Assembly: GCA_944336335.1 (NCBI GenBank)
Contig: CALVLC010000049.1
Span: 6,466 to 70,465 of the forward strand
Direction: 5' to 3'
DNA: 64,000 nucleotides
From: an uncultured Bacilli bacterium
GTDB lineage: Bacteria > Bacillota_I > Bacilli_A > RFN20 > CAG-826
The position numbers were made by a program, and so were the translations under genes. Below are positions 1-9,981 of the stretch, piece after piece. The notes beneath the pieces were generated by a model. That model saw only the letters and a list, made by a program, of their open reading frames with translations. It searched no databases and was not told the DNA's origin. How positions within the stretch are numbered: the first letter of the stretch is position 1; every line of letters starts with the position of its first letter.

Positions 1-662
1 TCTTTATTTTTTTCTTTAAAAGCACTGTTTAAGTTAATATCAAGAATATTAGTATTTCCAGCAGCTTTCAATTTACCTTGTAAAGCAGTATTTGCAGGTT
101 CAGCAACAACAGCCCAATCAATAGTTTCTCCATTAATTTGATAATTTTTCATTGTTAATAAAGAAGACTGGAGATTAGCAATTGAGTCAAAACTTTGATC
201 AAACTTAAAATCAGCACCATAAATATTCCTAAATAAAACGCCAGGAGTAGATTGTTCCATAAAGCCAAAAATAATATCATCGTTGTTTGGAACATCATTT
301 TCAGTTTTATTAAATCCTAATAAATGGAAATTTCCACCAGTAAGCATTTTAACAAACTCAAATTTAGCGTTCTCCCCTGCTTTGTTTAATATTTTTTGAG
401 CATTTCCGGCATCAAAAATAACAAAATCAGCATCACCAGAGCTTAAATAAGCAGGTATAGCTGTATTATCTGTTGGTGATAAAACATTTATATCTTCAGA
501 AATCATTGCTTTATAAGCTGGTAAAGTTGGTGCACCTGTAGGTGTAATTAAAGTAGGAACATAAGGTTTGTCGCTTGCTTGTAATTCATTGCTGCAACCA
601 GTTAAAGCAACTGCTCCTAACAAGCAAATTAAAATTGAACCTTTTTTAAAAATAGTTTTCAT
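1..662 (-). CDS. Substrate-binding lipoprotein, C-terminus beyond the window edge. Reverse-strand translation begins MKTIFKKGSILICLLGAVALTGCSNELQ.
   Basis: ATG at 660-662 on the minus strand is preceded by a GAAAGAAGG SD. A signal peptide plus lipobox LTGC is present. There is no stop before position 1. This ORF is not in the supplied track. Confidence 0.5.
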   Translation of the reverse strand, partial: MKTIFKKGSILICLLGAVALTGCSNELQASDKPYVPTLITPTGAPTLPAYKAMISEDINVLSPTDNTAIPAYLSSGDADFVIFDAGNAQKILNKAGENAKFEFVKMLTGGNFHLLGFNKTENDVPNNDDIIFGFMEQSTPGVLFRNIYGADFKFDQSFDSIANLQSSLLTMKNYQINGETIDWAVVAEPANTALQGKLKAAGNTNILDINLNSAFKEKNK

Positions 663-682
663 AATACCTTCTTTCTCTTTAT

Positions 683-1903
683 TTATTTAAGTAATTCGTT
701 AATTGGCTCACCAATCATCGAATTATCTTTTGCTAAATTGAAATTTTGTAAAATTGTTTCACCAATATCAGCAAATGCATTTCTGTCGGCAATAAATTTG
801 CCATCTTTAATTGATTTTGAATAACAAACTAGAGGTACTTGCTCTCTTGTGTGATCTGTTCCAGCCCAAGTTGGATCGTTACCATGGTCGGCTGTAATCA
901 TTACTAAATCATCATCTTTCAAAACATTTAAGAATTCCTTTAATTGAACATCAAATTCTTCGATTGCTTTTCCATAACCAACTGGATTTCTTCTATGTCC
1001 GTATTCACTATCAAATTCAACTAAATTAACAAAGCAAAGTCCTTTTTTGAATTCACTTCCTTTTGCAATTTCAATAGTTTTTTCCATGCCGTCTTTATTT
1101 GAACTTGTATGAACTGTACTTGTTACACCACATCCATTAAAGATATCATTAATTTTTCCAACACAACTTACATCAAATCCATTGTCTTTTAAAATATCCA
1201 TAGCCGTAATTCCGCTTGGAGAAACGGCATAATCGTGTCTATTTGAGGTACGTTTAAAAGTATCGGCGCTTTCACCAAGATATGGTCTTGCAATAACTCT
1301 ACCGACAAACCATTCTGGTTTCATACAAAGTTTACGAGCAATTTCGCAGCATCTATAAAGTTCATCGAGTCCAAGATATTTTTCATGACCACAAATTTGT
1401 AAAACAGAGTCACTACTTGTATAAACAATTAAAGAATTTGTTTTAATTTGCTCTTCGCCTAATTCTCTTAAAATTTCAGTTCCACTGGCTGCTTTATTTC
1501 CGATAATTTTATGACCTGTCTCTTTTTCAAGTTCATCTATTAAATCTTTTGGAAAACCTGTATCAGTAAATGTTTTAAAAGGCTTACGTGTTAAAATACC
1601 CATCATTTCCCAGTGTCCAGTCATTGTATCTTTTCCATTACTAGCTTCATTAAGTTTCATAACATAGGAATTTTGATGTTCTTTTACAACTTTTACACCT
1701 TTAACATCATCTAATTCGCCAAAACCAAGTGTTTCTAAAGTTGGAATGTTAAGACCATTTGGCATATTTTCGCCAATATGCTTAAAGGTATTTGAACCTT
1801 CATCACTAATTCCACCAACTTGTTCAAATTTAAAAGCATCTTTTGCATGGCCAATACCAGCACTATCCATTACAATTACAAAAATTCGATTAAATTTACT
1901 CAT
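683..1903 (-). CDS. deoB: Phosphopentomutase
   Basis: 406 aa with N-terminal [18 protein letters not shown] and the DHGNDPT metal-binding motifs typical of DeoB. Confidence 0.9.
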   Translation of the reverse strand: MSKFNRIFVIVMDSAGIGHAKDAFKFEQVGGISDEGSNTFKHIGENMPNGLNIPTLETLGFGELDDVKGVKVVKEHQNSYVMKLNEASNGKDTMTGHWEMMGILTRKPFKTFTDTGFPKDLIDELEKETGHKIIGNKAASGTEILRELGEEQIKTNSLIVYTSSDSVLQICGHEKYLGLDELYRCCEIARKLCMKPEWFVGRVIARPYLGESADTFKRTSNRHDYAVSPSGITAMDILKDNGFDVSCVGKINDIFNGCGVTSTVHTSSNKDGMEKTIEIAKGSEFKKGLCFVNLVEFDSEYGHRRNPVGYGKAIEEFDVQLKEFLNVLKDDDLVMITADHGNDPTWAGTDHTREQVPLVCYSKSIKDGKFIADRNAFADIGETILQNFNLAKDNSMIGEPINELLK

Positions 1904-1936
1904 TTATTTATCATCCTTCCTAAAAATTATAAAGCA

Positions 1937-2818
1937 CTAATCTTTCCGATACAAATCATATGATTTGACAAGAGTTTTTGTTGTTAAATGTGTATAAATT
2001 TGAGTTGTTCCAATATTTGTATGACCAAGTAATTCTTGAACAACTCTTAAGTCGGCACCATTATCTAAAAGATGAGTTGCAAAAGAATGTCTCAATGTAT
2101 GTGGGTGAATTTCTTTTTGAATTCCAACATCTTTTGCGTTTTTAACAACGACATTATATATAGCTTGTCTAGACATTGCTTTCCCGTTTTTAGCGATAAA
2201 TACGTTCTTTTTATCTATTACAAGATGCTTGCTTCGCACTTCATTAATATATCGTTTTAAAGCTTTAAGTGCACTTTTTCTTATTGGAACGATTCTTTCT
2301 TTTTTGCCTTTTCCAAAAACATTAATAATTTCTTCTTGTTCGTTTATTTGACTAATTTGCAAATTTACAGCTTCACTTACTCTTAAACCACAAGAATATA
2401 AAATCTCTAAAATTGCAAAATCACGAATGCCTTTTTCAGTCGATTGATCAGGACCGTTTAATAAGCTTTGAACTTCTTCTTCAGAAAGTACTTTAGGTAG
2501 ATTTTTTTCTTTTTTAGGCAGAATAATTTCATCGCTAATAATATTTTTAGCTATTCCATCACTTTCTAAAAACATATAGAAATTCTTAATTGTTGCAATT
2601 CTACGTGCAATTGTTGCCGGAGAAAGTCCGTTTATTGCTTGGTCATAACTAAAATCATTAAGATCATCTTTATTCAAATCTTTTACTTCTTTTTTCTCAG
2701 GATAATATCTTTGAAACTGCAAAAAATCATCTTTATAATCTTGAATTGTCTGATTAGTAAGAGCTTTTTCAAAGCGACAATATTGCAAGAAATTTTCAAA
2801 TGCATCAATTAAAGTCAT
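1937..2818 (-). CDS. xerD: Tyrosine site-specific recombinase XerC/XerD family
   Basis: 293 aa. The C-terminal catalytic R..HxxR..Y region (HTLRHSFATHLL...GHTNIGTTQIYTH) is present. Confidence 0.75.
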   Translation of the reverse strand: MTLIDAFENFLQYCRFEKALTNQTIQDYKDDFLQFQRYYPEKKEVKDLNKDDLNDFSYDQAINGLSPATIARRIATIKNFYMFLESDGIAKNIISDEIILPKKEKNLPKVLSEEEVQSLLNGPDQSTEKGIRDFAILEILYSCGLRVSEAVNLQISQINEQEEIINVFGKGKKERIVPIRKSALKALKRYINEVRSKHLVIDKKNVFIAKNGKAMSRQAIYNVVVKNAKDVGIQKEIHPHTLRHSFATHLLDNGADLRVVQELLGHTNIGTTQIYTHLTTKTLVKSYDLYRKD

Positions 2819-4020
2819 TGTTTAAATTTATCCTTTAAATCACTAAGTCTAAAAAATAGGGGTTTTTTAACTTTTCTATTTAGTTCATTTATTAATAATT
2901 GGGTCTTATTCTCATTTTCATGACGCTCAAAATTCTCAAAAGTCATTTGAACAACAACATCATGTTTATCTTTAAGATTTTTTAAAGTAAAACCAATTAA
3001 ACGAATTTCTTCACCTTTATATGATTTTTCAAACAATTTGATACCTTCCCTATATATTTCTTCTCTTGAATCAGTATAATTTTCAAAACTTTTAGAAACT
3101 GTCGTTGTTTGAAAACCTTCATCATGATTAGCGTTTTTATATGTTATTTGAATTGTTTTGCATAATCTTCCAGAGCCTTGAAAGTCATCGAGCAAGTTAT
3201 TAATTAAGTTAGATAAGAAATTTCTAATATAAATTTTGTCGTTACTATCAAAATCAAGTGTTCTAGTCATTCCCATTGATTTAGGGTCATAAGGCCCAGT
3301 TGAAATAACGTCGCTACTATTTCCTTCAAGTTCATCAATAATATCTTGTTTAAATGAGCCAAAGAAATTACTTAATGCTTCGTCATTATGTTTAAGACCA
3401 AAATATAAATCACCAATCGTTTTATAGCCCGCTCTTTCAATTTTTGGGTATGTTTTCTTTCCGATTCCAAACAAATCTTTTACTGGTAAAGAAAATAAAA
3501 TCTCTTGTATGTCTTTTTTTCTAATGATTGTTATGCCCATTGGTTTTTTATAATCAGAACCCATTTTTGCTAAAAACTTTGTTGGGGCAATTCCAATTGA
3601 ACATTTTAATTTAGTAGTTTTAAATAGTCCGTCTTGCATCTTTTTAAGGAAAAAATGTGGATCTTTGATATTTCTTTCTTTAAAAAGATCAGTGAAATCA
3701 CAAAAACACTCATCAATAGACATTTGCTCAATATTATGAGTAAATCTTCTAATATAAGAAATGAATTCTTTAGACATTAGTTCATAAAATTTATAATCGC
3801 CTGGTAAAAGAATTAAATTTTTACATAACATTTTTGCCTGAAAAGTTGGCATGCCAGAATGAATACCATAACTTCTAGCTTCATAAGAGCAAGTTGAAAC
3901 TATACCTTTTCTACCATCTCCACCTACAGCAACTGGTTTTCCGATTAATGAAGGATTTTTGATTTCTTCGCATCGAACAAAGAATTGATTTAAGTCTATG
4001 TGCGCAATTACTCTTACCAT
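2815..4020 (-). CDS. dinB: DNA polymerase IV (Y-family translesion polymerase)
   Basis: N-terminal IAHIDLNQFFVRCE...PVAVGG and the SIDECF motif of Y-family polymerases. 401 aa. Confidence 0.85.
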   Translation of the reverse strand: MVRVIAHIDLNQFFVRCEEIKNPSLIGKPVAVGGDGRKGIVSTCSYEARSYGIHSGMPTFQAKMLCKNLILLPGDYKFYELMSKEFISYIRRFTHNIEQMSIDECFCDFTDLFKERNIKDPHFFLKKMQDGLFKTTKLKCSIGIAPTKFLAKMGSDYKKPMGITIIRKKDIQEILFSLPVKDLFGIGKKTYPKIERAGYKTIGDLYFGLKHNDEALSNFFGSFKQDIIDELEGNSSDVISTGPYDPKSMGMTRTLDFDSNDKIYIRNFLSNLINNLLDDFQGSGRLCKTIQITYKNANHDEGFQTTTVSKSFENYTDSREEIYREGIKLFEKSYKGEEIRLIGFTLKNLKDKHDVVVQMTFENFERHENENKTQLLINELNRKVKKPLFFRLSDLKDKFKQ

Positions 4021-4024
4021 TTAT

Positions 4025-4068
4025 TTACTAATTTAATACTAATTATCTACTAATTAATCACTATTTTT
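4025..4068 (+). repeat. Phased direct-repeat array (ACTAATT core repeated three to four times at an 11-bp period) between xseB and dinB
   Basis: ACTAATT at 4027, 4038 and 4049, with a degenerate ACTATTT at 4061. The 18-mer ACTAATTATCTACTAATT (4038-4055) is identical to 49925-49942. Confidence 0.5.
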
Positions 4069-4248
4069 AATTTTTTCAATCTTTTCTTTAGCTTCTTTGA
4101 TTGTAGATTCAAGCTCTTTGATAAGTTCTGTGCCTTCAAAATAAAGCTTTAGACTTTCATCTAATCCGCCTTCACTATTATCGATTTTTCTTACAATTTC
4201 ATCGAGCTTATTCATTTTTTCTTCAAAGGTTTTATCTTTATTAGGCAT
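4054..4248 (-). CDS. xseB: Exodeoxyribonuclease VII small subunit
   Basis: 64 aa, FEEKMNKLDEIVRKIDNSEGGLDESLKLYFEG. It lies immediately downstream of xseA. Confidence 0.85.
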   Translation of the reverse strand: MPNKDKTFEEKMNKLDEIVRKIDNSEGGLDESLKLYFEGTELIKELESTIKEAKEKIEKIKNSD

Positions 4249-4251
4249 ACA

Positions 4252-5460
4252 TTACTTCTCCTTAGAAACTACTTTAGTTAATATTTTACCATCACTAATT
4301 TTTATATTAAGCGAATCATCTATATTTACGTTATCTAACGAACTTACCACTCTTCCGTCTTTATCAGTTACAATTGAATAGCCTTTTTTCAATAGATTAT
4401 TAGGATTCAAAAGCTCTAAACTTCTTTTTTCTAGATCTATTTTTTTCTGAAAGTTATCTAGATAGTTAGATATCTTCAAATTCAGCAAATCTTTAAGTGA
4501 AGAAATTTTATTTGAATAAGTTTCATAGATTCCTTCAATATTTTGAAAGTATTTAAGATTTTTTATTTTTAAAATTCTATTTTCTAAATTTGTGATTTTA
4601 GAATTTATTAGACTTTCAAGATAATTTTTAGTTTGTGATAAGTCGTATAAAACATCTTCTATATTCGGAACAGCTATTTCAGCTGCTCCAGTTGGAGTTG
4701 ATGCGTATTTATCAGCAACTAAGTCACATAAAGTTTGATTAATCTCATGTCCTACGGCACTTATGATAGGTGTTTTTAAATTATAAATACATCTAACTAA
4801 ACCTTCATCATCAAATGCACTTAAATCCTCGCTAGCTCCGCCACCTCGTCCAATAATTAATAAATCATAAGATTTTTCATCAGCAAGAGTTAAATTTTTA
4901 ATTAAATCTTGAGCCGCATTTTCACCTTGAACTAACGAAGGAATGATCGTTACATTAGCAAGAGGAAAACGTCTTTTCAAATTAAATTCAAAATCTAAAG
5001 CTGCTGCACTATTTTTAGCAGTAATTATCCCGATATTAATAGGATAAGATGGAATTTGTTTTTTATGCTCAATATTAAAAATTCCCTCCTGGAATAGTTT
5101 CTTCTTTAAAAGTTCTTTTTTAAGATAAGAATCACCTACTCCAAAAAGAGAGACATTTTTACAGATTATTTGATAAGTACCACTTGGTGGATAAGAACTA
5201 ATTGACCCTAAAACTAAAACTTCATCGCCATTTTTTGGTTCAAAGTCTAGTGAAAAAGTATCATATTTAAATAAAACTGCGTTTATAGAACATTTATCAT
5301 CTTTTAAAGTGAAATAAATATGTCCAGATTTATTGCGACCTTTATAATTTGATATTTCACCTTTAAGATAAATATTTTTTAAGGTAATAGTATTGTCAAA
5401 TAAAACTTTAATATATTCATTTACTTGACTAATCGAGTAATAAACTAGTTCCTTTTCCAT
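4252..5460 (-). CDS. xseA: Exodeoxyribonuclease VII large subunit
   Basis: 402 aa with an OB-fold N-terminus and GRGGGS motif. Sits in the conserved nusB-xseA-xseB context. Confidence 0.9.
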   Translation of the reverse strand: MEKELVYYSISQVNEYIKVLFDNTITLKNIYLKGEISNYKGRNKSGHIYFTLKDDKCSINAVLFKYDTFSLDFEPKNGDEVLVLGSISSYPPSGTYQIICKNVSLFGVGDSYLKKELLKKKLFQEGIFNIEHKKQIPSYPINIGIITAKNSAAALDFEFNLKRRFPLANVTIIPSLVQGENAAQDLIKNLTLADEKSYDLLIIGRGGGASEDLSAFDDEGLVRCIYNLKTPIISAVGHEINQTLCDLVADKYASTPTGAAEIAVPNIEDVLYDLSQTKNYLESLINSKITNLENRILKIKNLKYFQNIEGIYETYSNKISSLKDLLNLKISNYLDNFQKKIDLEKRSLELLNPNNLLKKGYSIVTDKDGRVVSSLDNVNIDDSLNIKISDGKILTKVVSKEK

Positions 5461-5941
5461 TTAAGCTTTTATCCAATATTGCGTTAACAAACTTGTAATC
5501 TTTTTCGCCACCATCACCAAATTTTTTAGAAAACTTAACAGCATTATTGATAATAACTGCCTTTTCAGTATCTAAATCAGGAATAAAATATTCAGTAACA
5601 GAGGTTATTAAAATAGCTTGAATTGTTGTGTTTAGTCTACTGAAATTCCAATTGATTAAAAATTTAGAGATGTAATCAGTAATCTTCTTTTGATTTTTTA
5701 ACGATTTAATTAAAACTTCTTTAAGATATAAATCACAATCTTCATAAGGTAACTTACAAGCATCTTCAATAGCTTCTACAAAATTAATTGGCACATTTGT
5801 TTCTTCAAGGATTAAAAAAGAATACATTAATTGAACAATTAATTCTTGAGCTTTATTTCTAGTTATTTCAATTTCATTTTCCATCGTCTTTATCTTTCTT
5901 TTCGTAAAGTTTAATTGTGATTTCAAATGGCATTGAATCAC
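5429..5941 (-). CDS. nusB: Transcription antitermination factor NusB. The true start is probably the internal Met (MENEIEITRNKAQE) at about 5884, which removes the overlap with the upstream gene.
   Basis: NusB-like helical protein in the yqhY-nusB-xseA synteny. The track ORF overlaps the Asp23 gene by 68 nt if started at 5941. Confidence 0.7.
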   Translation of the reverse strand: MIQCHLKSQLNFTKRKIKTMENEIEITRNKAQELIVQLMYSFLILEETNVPINFVEAIEDACKLPYEDCDLYLKEVLIKSLKNQKKITDYISKFLINWNFSRLNTTIQAILITSVTEYFIPDLDTEKAVIINNAVKFSKKFGDGGEKDYKFVNAILDKSLNGKGTSLLLD

Positions 5942-6206
5942 AAATAAAGTTCATTGTGTTTGTAATATATTCGTTAATTTCTTTTTTGACTGCTTCTTTA
6001 TCAAGGCCTTTTTTAATAACGGTTGTAATTTTAAATACAACAACATTATTTTTTAAACCAATTGAAACGTTATTGTTATCATCATCTAAAATGATTCCAT
6101 TAACATTCTTTAAAGCTTTTTCAGCAATAAAATTAAATACTTTTGTTGAAATGCCAGAACGAACAGTTGATTTACGAATATTGTTTAAATAAACATATCT
6201 AGTCAT
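5874..6206 (-). CDS. Asp23/Gls24 family alkaline-shock-like protein (YqhY homologue)
   Basis: 110 aa, Asp23-family size and composition. Located upstream of nusB as in B. subtilis yqhY-nusB. Confidence 0.7.
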   Translation of the reverse strand: MTRYVYLNNIRKSTVRSGISTKVFNFIAEKALKNVNGIILDDDNNNVSIGLKNNVVVFKITTVIKKGLDKEAVKKEINEYITNTMNFICDSMPFEITIKLYEKKDKDDGK

Positions 6207-6218
6207 AATTTTGCTCCT

Positions 6219-8231
6219 CTAAAACATTAATCTTTCAACTTCTGAAGCAATTCTTTGAGCGGTAAAGCCAAATTTTTCAATTACTTCGTTAGCCTTTGCA
6301 CTTAGTCCATATTCATTAATGCCAAAGACATTTTTAGCATATTTATGTAAGCCAAATGGTGAAGCCATTTCGATAAATGCACGTCTATCATAACGATCAC
6401 CTAATACATCAAATTGATATTTCCTGTCTTGTTCATCAAATAATTCTGTTGATGGCATTGAGACTACTCTAATGCTATACCCTTTGCTTTCAAGGATTTT
6501 TCTAACTTCAAGAGCAAGACTAACTTCGCTACCACTTGCAATCAAAGTGAAATTAAGATTTGGTTTTGATTCTTTAACAACAACATAAGCACCTTTTTTA
6601 GCACCTTCAACAGTACTATTTTCAAGTAAAGGTAAATCTTGCCTAGATAAAACTATTGCTGATGGAGTCGAAACTGATTCAAAGGCTAATTGATATGAAG
6701 CAAATACTTCTCTTGCGTCAGCTGGTCTAAATACATTTAAATTTGGAATTGAACGTAACATTGCAAGTTGTTCAATTGGTTGATGTGTTGGTCCATCTTC
6801 TCCAACTGCAATTGAATCATGACTAAATAAATAGATATTTGGTAATTTTTCTAAAGCGCTCATTCTAATTGCGGCTTTACAATAGTCAGAGAAAACCATA
6901 AATGATCCAACATATGGTCTTAAACCACCATGGAGTAAAATACCATTTGCTGCACTTGACATAAAGAATTCTCTTATGCCCCAATTAAGGTTTTTACCAT
7001 TTCTATTTTTAGCGTTCCAATCGCTTTCGCCTTTTAATGCTGTTTTAACACTTCCAGCAACATCTGCTGATCCGCCGAAAGTATTTGGAAGTAATTTTGA
7101 GAAAAGATTTAAGATTTCACCAGAAATATTTCTTGTAGAATTTTTCTTTAAGATATTTTCTGGTAAAGGAATATTTTTAACATAACTTGAAACATCATTG
7201 GTGCTTAAAGTCATGATTTCTTTAAATTTAGCTGGATTACTTCTTTGGAATTTAGCAAGCTCGCTTTGATATGTTCCATAAGCTTCTTCACCACGTTTGA
7301 TAAATGTATTTTTGAAGTTATCATAAACGTCACTTGGAATTTCAAATGGTGGATAATCATAGCCATATGATAACTTTGTATTCTTACCGTCTTCTTCTCC
7401 AAGAGGTGAACCATGGACTTTGGATGTTCCTTGGTTTTTGCTACCTAATCCAATAATTGTTTTAAAGATAACTACTGTTGGAGCATTTTTAGATTTTTTA
7501 GCAAATGCAATTGCTTTTTTAATCTTTTTATAGGAATTTCCTTTTTTACAATAAACAACGTTCCAGTGACAAGCTAAGAATCTATTAATAACATCTTCAT
7601 CGCTAGATTGCGCTAAAGGTCCATCTAAAGTTACATCATTTTTATCGTATAAAAGGATTAATTTGTTAAGTTTATTTAAGCCAGCAAATGAAATTGCTTC
7701 TTGAGAAATTCCTTCTTCTAAACAACCATCTCCACAAAGACAGTATGTATAGTGATCATAAACCTTTTTGCCATACATAGCTTGAAGTTTAGTTTCGGCC
7801 ATAGCCATACCAACAGCTTGAGCAATTCCTTGTCCTAAAGGACCACTTCCTGCATCAATCCCATCAGTTAAACCAAATTCAGGATGCCCTGGAGTAATTG
7901 AGTCAAGTTGTCTAAATGATTTTAAATCATCAATTTTGATATTGTAGCCAGCCAAATGCAATATTGTGTAATAAAGCATACTGCCATGACCACAACTCAT
8001 TACAAAACGATCTCTATTAATCCATTTTGATTGATAAGGATTAGCAACTAAAAAATCCTTAAAAAGAGTATAGACAATTGGTGCGGCACTGATACACATA
8101 CCAGGATGACCGCTTTTTGCCTTGTTAATTCCGTCAATACATGTTGCTCTAATCGCAGCGATTGACAATTCGTCTACATTTTTAAAATTGTTTAATTTTC
8201 TAGCCATTGTCCTTCTCCTTAACAACTTCAA
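6219..8231 (-). CDS. tkt: Transketolase. The start is possibly MARKL at about 8207.
   Basis: 670 aa. ThDP-binding GHPG/GDGC.EG motifs and the pyrimidine-binding and C-terminal domains are present. Confidence 0.9.
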   Translation of the reverse strand: MKLLRRRTMARKLNNFKNVDELSIAAIRATCIDGINKAKSGHPGMCISAAPIVYTLFKDFLVANPYQSKWINRDRFVMSCGHGSMLYYTILHLAGYNIKIDDLKSFRQLDSITPGHPEFGLTDGIDAGSGPLGQGIAQAVGMAMAETKLQAMYGKKVYDHYTYCLCGDGCLEEGISQEAISFAGLNKLNKLILLYDKNDVTLDGPLAQSSDEDVINRFLACHWNVVYCKKGNSYKKIKKAIAFAKKSKNAPTVVIFKTIIGLGSKNQGTSKVHGSPLGEEDGKNTKLSYGYDYPPFEIPSDVYDNFKNTFIKRGEEAYGTYQSELAKFQRSNPAKFKEIMTLSTNDVSSYVKNIPLPENILKKNSTRNISGEILNLFSKLLPNTFGGSADVAGSVKTALKGESDWNAKNRNGKNLNWGIREFFMSSAANGILLHGGLRPYVGSFMVFSDYCKAAIRMSALEKLPNIYLFSHDSIAVGEDGPTHQPIEQLAMLRSIPNLNVFRPADAREVFASYQLAFESVSTPSAIVLSRQDLPLLENSTVEGAKKGAYVVVKESKPNLNFTLIASGSEVSLALEVRKILESKGYSIRVVSMPSTELFDEQDRKYQFDVLGDRYDRRAFIEMASPFGLHKYAKNVFGINEYGLSAKANEVIEKFGFTAQRIASEVERLMF

Positions 8232-9966
8232 TTCCTAATTTATCTAATTGTTCCTTATCAACCTCATAAGGTGCATTACTAACAGGATCGACAGCTGCTA
8301 AGTTTTTAGGGAAGGCGATAACATCACGAATATTATCTGTTCCACTTAAAATCATTGCTAATCTATCAAGACCAAGAGCAAAACCTCCATGAGGTGGGGT
8401 ACCATATTTTAAAGATTCGACAAAGAAACCGAATTTTCTTTGAATATCTTCTTCTGTAAATCCAAGAACTTTGAAAATCATTTCTTGAACTTTTTGATCA
8501 TAAATTCTTAATGAACCACCACCTGCTTCATATCCATTGATAACAATATCATATGCATATGAGAAAACTTTATATGGTTCAGTAAATAATTTATCAATAT
8601 CTTCATCACATGGTCTAGTAAATGGGTGATGGCATGGTGTAATTTCACCTGTTTCTTCACTCTTTTCAAATAATGGGAAATGTACAACCCATAACAAATC
8701 ATATGTATTTGGTTTGATTAAATTTAATTCTTTAGCAAGTTGAGATCTTACAGCACCTAAACCAAAATTAATGTCTCTTAAGATATTTCCTGTTGCAATA
8801 ATTAGGGCATCGCCATTATTTAATTCCATAGCTTTAATAAGTTCTTCTTTTAACTCAGGAGAAATAAATTTAGCAATGCTACCTTCTAATTCACCATTAA
8901 CAAGTTTTAAATAAGCGAATTGTTTCATGTTGAATTTTGGGGCAACTAAATTAATTGCATCTTGTCTTTTTCTAGTAAGTTGCTCAGCAAAATTATCAAC
9001 TTTAATAGCCTTAATATACTTATTATCTTGATATAATTTAAATTCTGACCTACCAAGAATGTACTTGATATCTACTAGATACATACTAAAACGTGTATCT
9101 GGCTTATCAGAACCATATTTATTTACTGCTTCAAGATAATCCATTCTTCTTAATGGAAGTTTGACGTCGTAATTTAAAACATCTTTAAAAATCTTAGCAA
9201 CAAGTCCTTCTCCCAACTCAAGAATTTGATCTTGATTTAAGAAACTTGTCTCAACATCAATTTGTGTAAAATCAGGTTGACGGTCCGCTCTTAAATCTTC
9301 ATCTCTAAAACAACGAGCGATTTGATAGTATCTTTCAAAACCTGAAACCATCAACATTTGTTTATAAAGTTGAGGAGATTGAGGAAGAGCATAAAAACAA
9401 CCTTTACGAATTCTGCTAGGAACTAAATAATCTCTAGCGCCTTCTGGAGTTGATGGAGAAAGATAAGGAGTTTCGATTTCAACGAAATCGTGAGCATCTA
9501 AATAAGCGTGTGTAGCTTTAACAATATTAGCTCTTATTTTAAAACGTTTTTGCATGCAATTACGTCTTAAATCAAGATAACGATATTTTAATCTGATATC
9601 TTCGTTAGCATCTGTAACTTCTTGAGTAGAAATTGGAGGTTGCATTGCAGTATTGATAACTTTAATTTTGCTGGCAACAACTTCAACTTCACCTGTAGCT
9701 AAATTCTTGTTAGGGACATCCTTTTTAGAAACAACACCTTCAACTTCAAGAATATATTCATTTCTGATATCTGGTAATTCAATTTCATCGGTTTTAACAC
9801 AAATTTGGATATAGCCTTCACGATCTCTAAGGTCGATAAAAAGCAAGCTTCCTAAATTACGTTTTTTAGAAACCCAACCTAATAAAGAAACTTTTCTTCC
9901 GACATCTTTGAGTCGTAAATTACCACAATAATCAGTTCTATTAAATCTTTCTTCAATGCTCTCCAT
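8200..9966 (-). CDS. aspS: Aspartyl-tRNA synthetase
   Basis: 588 aa class II aaRS with N-terminal OB anticodon-binding domain and FRDEDLRADRQPEFTQ motif 2. Confidence 0.95.
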   Translation of the reverse strand: MESIEERFNRTDYCGNLRLKDVGRKVSLLGWVSKKRNLGSLLFIDLRDREGYIQICVKTDEIELPDIRNEYILEVEGVVSKKDVPNKNLATGEVEVVASKIKVINTAMQPPISTQEVTDANEDIRLKYRYLDLRRNCMQKRFKIRANIVKATHAYLDAHDFVEIETPYLSPSTPEGARDYLVPSRIRKGCFYALPQSPQLYKQMLMVSGFERYYQIARCFRDEDLRADRQPDFTQIDVETSFLNQDQILELGEGLVAKIFKDVLNYDVKLPLRRMDYLEAVNKYGSDKPDTRFSMYLVDIKYILGRSEFKLYQDNKYIKAIKVDNFAEQLTRKRQDAINLVAPKFNMKQFAYLKLVNGELEGSIAKFISPELKEELIKAMELNNGDALIIATGNILRDINFGLGAVRSQLAKELNLIKPNTYDLLWVVHFPLFEKSEETGEITPCHHPFTRPCDEDIDKLFTEPYKVFSYAYDIVINGYEAGGGSLRIYDQKVQEMIFKVLGFTEEDIQRKFGFFVESLKYGTPPHGGFALGLDRLAMILSGTDNIRDVIAFPKNLAAVDPVSNAPYEVDKEQLDKLGIEVVKEKDNG

Positions 9967-9981
9967 AAAATTTATCCTCTC

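Noticed and set aside
1746-1940. Numerous short antisense or overlapping ORFs in the track embedded in conserved genes. Examples are 1746-1940+, 2072-2260+, 5917-6192+, 6976-7185+, 7211-7414-, 8508-8702-, 11856-12038+, 14357-14596+, 15275-15523-, 15742-15933+, 17939-18294, 22591-23076+, 24181-24390+, 24884-25162-, 25875-26105+, 27714-27912, 28087-28302+, 31293-31532+, 32951-33151+, 34728-35665 small ORFs, 37341-37634+, 37849-38061-, 40249-40479-, 43512-43758, 46650-46853+, 50846-51106+ and 57296-58006-.
   Set aside because: All lie inside, or antisense to, long well-conserved genes in an AT-rich genome, where spurious ORFs are frequent. They have no SD sequences and low-complexity Leu/Ile/Phe/Ser-rich translations.
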